This document shows, in pieces, positions 60,555 through 64,000 of a stretch of 64,000 nucleotides of DNA; the stretch's first letter is position 1, and the number at the start of each line of letters is the position of its first letter. Below the pieces are notes generated by a model, which saw only the letters and a program-made list of their open reading frames with translations, had not been told where the DNA came from and ran no database searches. Source of the DNA: Synechococcus sp. (GTDB taxonomy: Bacteria; Cyanobacteriota; Cyanobacteriia; PCC-6307; Cyanobiaceae); NCBI GenBank assembly GCA_047285535.1, contig JBJBDC010000001.1, positions 896,136 through 960,135 on the forward strand, read 5' to 3'. The translations under genes and the position numbers were made by a program.

Positions 60555-61868
60555 ATGCATATCGCCGTTGTCGGCCTCAGTCATCGAACGGCTCCGGTCG
60601 AAGTGCGCGAAAAGCTCAGTATTCCTGAGCAGACCATGGAGGAATCCCTACAAAGGCTTAGAAATCATGAGCAGGTGCTTGAGGCATCTATCCTCAGCAC
60701 CTGCAATCGCCTTGAGATTTACACCCTGGTGCGCAATCCAGATCTTGGAATTGCGGCCGTACGTGACTTTCTCAGTGGCCATTCCGGATTAGATAGCGTT
60801 GATTTATCTCCTCACCTCTTTGCTTATCACCATGACGAAGCCATCGCGCATTTGATGCGCGTCGCTGCAGGTCTCGACAGCCTTGTCCTAGGCGAAGGGC
60901 AAATTTTGTCCCAGGTGAAGAAGATGATGCGCCTGGGACAAGAGCACAAATCCATCGGTCCGATCCTTAACCGTCTTCTCACTCAGGCTGTAAGCACAGG
61001 GAAGCGAGTCCGCTCTGAAACCAATCTCAGCACCGGGGCTGTTTCTGTGAGTTCAGCTGCTGTTGAATTGGCTCAACTTAAACTAGGTCAATCCCGTGGC
61101 CAGGATGAGTTGGTCACACTTGAAAGCGAACAGATCGCCGTTGTCGGTGCTGGTCGAATGAGCCGTTTGTTAATCCAACATCTTCAAGCGAAGGGCGCCT
61201 CGGGCTTGGTCTTGCTAAATCGCACCATGAAGCGTGCCTCGGCATTAGCGACTGACTTTCCCAACCTGCCCATTCAATGCCGTGGACTGGAAGATCTTGA
61301 TCAGTGCCTGAGCACCTGCTCCTTGGTCTTTACAAGCACAGCAGCAGACGATCCCATTATTGATGCCAGCAGACTGAACCGTCTGAACCGCCGCAGCTCA
61401 TTGCGATTGGTCGATATTGGCGTGCCCCGAAACATCGCATCAGATGTAGTCGATATTCCAGGCGTGGACTCCCACGATGTTGATGATTTACAAGAGGTTG
61501 TGGAGCGCAACCAAGAGGCCAGACAGCAGGTTGCACGGGAAGCGGAAGGTTTACTTATTGCTGAGGGGCGTTTATTTCTCGAGTGGTGGGACAGCCTTGA
61601 GGCGGTTCCAACCATCAACCGATTAAGGGCCTCTCTCGAGGACATCCGTGTCGAGGAACTCACCAAGGCACTGAGCCGAATGGGACCCGATTTCTCGGCC
61701 AGAGAGCGAAAGGTGGTTGAAGCGCTGACCAAAGGAATCATTAACAAAATCCTTCACACACCGGTCACTCAGCTTCGCAGTGCTCAACAACGCTCCGAGC
61801 GTCAACAGGCCCTTCAGGTCGTTGAGCGAATCTTTGATTTGGAATCTGGAACAGCTGTCCAAGATTGA
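60555..61868 (+). CDS. hemA: Glutamyl-tRNA reductase
   Basis: GLSHRTAPVEVRE, STCNRLE, GLDSLVLGEGQILSQVK, DIGVPRN. Confidence 0.98.
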   Translation: MHIAVVGLSHRTAPVEVREKLSIPEQTMEESLQRLRNHEQVLEASILSTCNRLEIYTLVRNPDLGIAAVRDFLSGHSGLDSVDLSPHLFAYHHDEAIAHLMRVAAGLDSLVLGEGQILSQVKKMMRLGQEHKSIGPILNRLLTQAVSTGKRVRSETNLSTGAVSVSSAAVELAQLKLGQSRGQDELVTLESEQIAVVGAGRMSRLLIQHLQAKGASGLVLLNRTMKRASALATDFPNLPIQCRGLEDLDQCLSTCSLVFTSTAADDPIIDASRLNRLNRRSSLRLVDIGVPRNIASDVVDIPGVDSHDVDDLQEVVERNQEARQQVAREAEGLLIAEGRLFLEWWDSLEAVPTINRLRASLEDIRVEELTKALSRMGPDFSARERKVVEALTKGIINKILHTPVTQLRSAQQRSERQQALQVVERIFDLESGTAVQD

Positions 61869-61961
61869 TTACCAGAAATCTCGACGATCTGGCCCAAGGG
61901 TTGGTTTTCGAGGCACACAGTCCAGTAAGTTTGCAGCGCGTAGCCGATAGGCGGGACCTGC

Positions 61962-63257
61962 ATGAAGCGAGTACTGGCAATCATTCTCGGGGGAGGAGCT
62001 GGAACTCGCCTCTATCCACTTACAAAGATGAGAGCCAAACCCGCGGTGCCTCTGGCGGGCAAATATCGTCTGATTGATATTCCGATCAGTAATTGCATCA
62101 ATTCGAGCATCAACAAGATGTACGTATTGACGCAATTCAACAGTGCTTCCCTGAATCGACATCTGAGTCAGACCTACAATCTCAATGCTGGATTTGGGCA
62201 AGGTTTTGTCGAGGTTTTAGCAGCGCAACAAACTCCTGATAGCCCGTCCTGGTTCGAAGGCACAGCGGATGCAGTCCGTCAGTATCAAACCCTATTTAGT
62301 GAATGGGATGTTGACGAATACTTGATCCTTTCCGGTGATCAGCTTTACAGGATGGATTACAGCCTGTTTGTAGAGCATCACCGCAAAACTGGTGCAGATC
62401 TCACTGTCGCTGCTCTTCCTGTGGATGCTGAGCAAGCTGAAGCCTTTGGCTTAATGCGAACTGATGAGAACGGAAATATCAAAGAATTCCGTGAAAAACC
62501 AAAAGGTGATGCCTTAAAGGAGATGGCTGTTGATACCTCACGTTTTGGCCTGAGCGCTGAGTCGTCCAAAGAGCGTCCTTACCTCGCTTCCATGGGCATT
62601 TATGTCTTCAGTCGTGAGACCCTATTTAATCTCCTTCATGAGAATCCCGGCCATAAGGATTTCGGCAAGGAAGTGATCCCTGAAGCTCTTTCACGTGGGG
62701 ATTGCCTTAAAAGCTATGTGTTTGATGACTACTGGGAAGACATTGGCACCATCGGTGCATTCTATGAGGCCAATCTTGCTCTCACTCAACAACCTACACC
62801 TCCCTTCAGTTTCTATGACGAAGCATTCCCGATCTACACCCGCCCTCGTTACTTGCCACCTAGCAAGTTGGTAGACAGTCAGATTACGGAGTCAATTATT
62901 GGTGAGGGTTCGATCCTCAAGGCCTGCAGCATTCACCACTCCGTACTTGGCGTTCGTAGTCGTGTTGAAAATAATGTGGTTCTTCAGGATTCCTTATTAA
63001 TGGGTTCTGACTTTTTTGAATCTCAAAGCGAACGCGAGACTCTGAGAGAACGGGGAGGTATACCTGTCGGAGTTGGGGAAGGAACTACGGTCAAGCGAGC
63101 CATCCTTGATAAAAATGCTCGCATCGGCAAAAACGTCACCATTGTGAACAAAGATCACGTTGAGGAAGCTGATCGATCAGACCAAGGCTTCTACATTCGC
63201 AATGGAATCATCGTTGTTGTGAAAAATGCTTCGATTGCTGATGGCACAGTGATTTGA
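61962..63257 (+). CDS. glgC: Glucose-1-phosphate adenylyltransferase
   Basis: [30 protein letters not shown]. Confidence 0.98.
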   Translation: MKRVLAIILGGGAGTRLYPLTKMRAKPAVPLAGKYRLIDIPISNCINSSINKMYVLTQFNSASLNRHLSQTYNLNAGFGQGFVEVLAAQQTPDSPSWFEGTADAVRQYQTLFSEWDVDEYLILSGDQLYRMDYSLFVEHHRKTGADLTVAALPVDAEQAEAFGLMRTDENGNIKEFREKPKGDALKEMAVDTSRFGLSAESSKERPYLASMGIYVFSRETLFNLLHENPGHKDFGKEVIPEALSRGDCLKSYVFDDYWEDIGTIGAFYEANLALTQQPTPPFSFYDEAFPIYTRPRYLPPSKLVDSQITESIIGEGSILKACSIHHSVLGVRSRVENNVVLQDSLLMGSDFFESQSERETLRERGGIPVGVGEGTTVKRAILDKNARIGKNVTIVNKDHVEEADRSDQGFYIRNGIIVVVKNASIADGTVI

Positions 63258-63356
63258 CCATGAGTGGTTCCATCTCATATTCCTGACAGAGGTGCACCTT
63301 TTCGCAGCCGATCATTGATCCCGTGGTCACACTGACTCCAGTGAAAGGTGCTCTTG

Positions 63357-64000
63357 ATGTCTAAGTCCCACTTTGGTCTTATCGGTCTCGGCGTGATGGG
63401 AGAAAACCTAGTTCTCAATGCTGAGAGAAACGGTTTTTCGAGTGTTGTGTACAACCGCACCTATTCAAAGACGGAAGACTTTCTGAAAGGTCGCGGTGCT
63501 GGAAAAAACATCCAAGGTGCTACCTCACTAGAGGACTTTGCGAACAAATTAGAGAGACCTCGCCGCATCTTGATGATGGTGAAAGCAGGCGGCCCTGTTG
63601 ATGCCGTGATCGAACAGATTTCCCCTTTTTTAGAAGAAGGAGATCTCTTAATTGATGGAGGAAATTCTGAATATCACGACACAGAGCGTCGGGTTGCCGA
63701 CCTTGAAAGCAAGAGCTTCGGATTTATTGGCATGGGAGTTTCTGGTGGTGCAAAAGGTGCATTAGAAGGCCCGAGCATGATGCCTGGTGGAACCAAAGCC
63801 TCCTATGACGCAATCGAAAGCCTGGTCTGCAAAATGGCGGCCCAAGTCGAAGATGGACCTTGTGTGACCTACATCGGCCCTGGCGGTTCAGGACACTTTG
63901 TGAAAACAGTGCACAACGGAATTGAATACGGAATTGAGCAAATTCTTGCTGAGGGCTATGACCTGATGAAGAGGGTTGGGGGTATGAACGGAACCCAGAT
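63357..64000 (+). CDS. gnd: 6-phosphogluconate dehydrogenase (partial, runs off the window)
   Basis: Translated by hand: MSKSHFGLIGLGVMGENLVLNAERNG..YNRT..LMMVKAG..IDGGNS..GVSGG..VHNGIEYG. Confidence 0.96.
   Translation, partial: MSKSHFGLIGLGVMGENLVLNAERNGFSSVVYNRTYSKTEDFLKGRGAGKNIQGATSLEDFANKLERPRRILMMVKAGGPVDAVIEQISPFLEEGDLLIDGGNSEYHDTERRVADLESKSFGFIGMGVSGGAKGALEGPSMMPGGTKASYDAIESLVCKMAAQVEDGPCVTYIGPGGSGHFVKTVHNGIEYGIEQILAEGYDLMKRVGGMNGTQ

Noticed and set aside
1..64000. CRISPR arrays, tRNA/rRNA, IS elements, integrases, prophage genes
   Set aside because: No regularly spaced repeats, cloverleafs or transposase/integrase motifs seen

Overview
A 64-kb segment of a marine picocyanobacterial chromosome. 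Gene content and order point to marine Synechococcus: apcF, pcyA, psb28, GUN4, a som-type porin and sipA. Most of the window is conserved core genome: ksgA-ispE, pdhB-secDF, selU, glnA/apcF, spt/tadA, a PBP-lspA-bioY cluster, M16 peptidases, pcyA-devBCA, rsmE, a group-3 sigma factor, phnDCE-like ABC genes, ispG-ctpA, mfd, rpe/glpX-hemA-glgC-gnd. Several small AT-rich accessory islets interrupt it (about 12.8-13.9, 27.1-30.6, 38.2-39.5, 48.4-50.4 and 54.0-58.7 kb). I found no rRNA, tRNA, CRISPR array, integrase or transposase. The main leads are: (i) an 884-aa low-GC beta-solenoid-like protein whose in-frame ATG is separated from the body by one TGA that is directly followed by a hairpin; (ii) a small Gln/His-rich ORF convergent on glnA with a perfect NtcA box upstream, a possible glutamine synthetase inactivating factor analogue; (iii) a compositionally mosaic som porin with a 63-nt in-frame duplication and a Yfr1 sRNA target site; (iv) three small proteins missing from the ORF track; (v) extreme, same-direction A/C strand skew in most accessory spacers. 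All calls were made by eye, without database searches.
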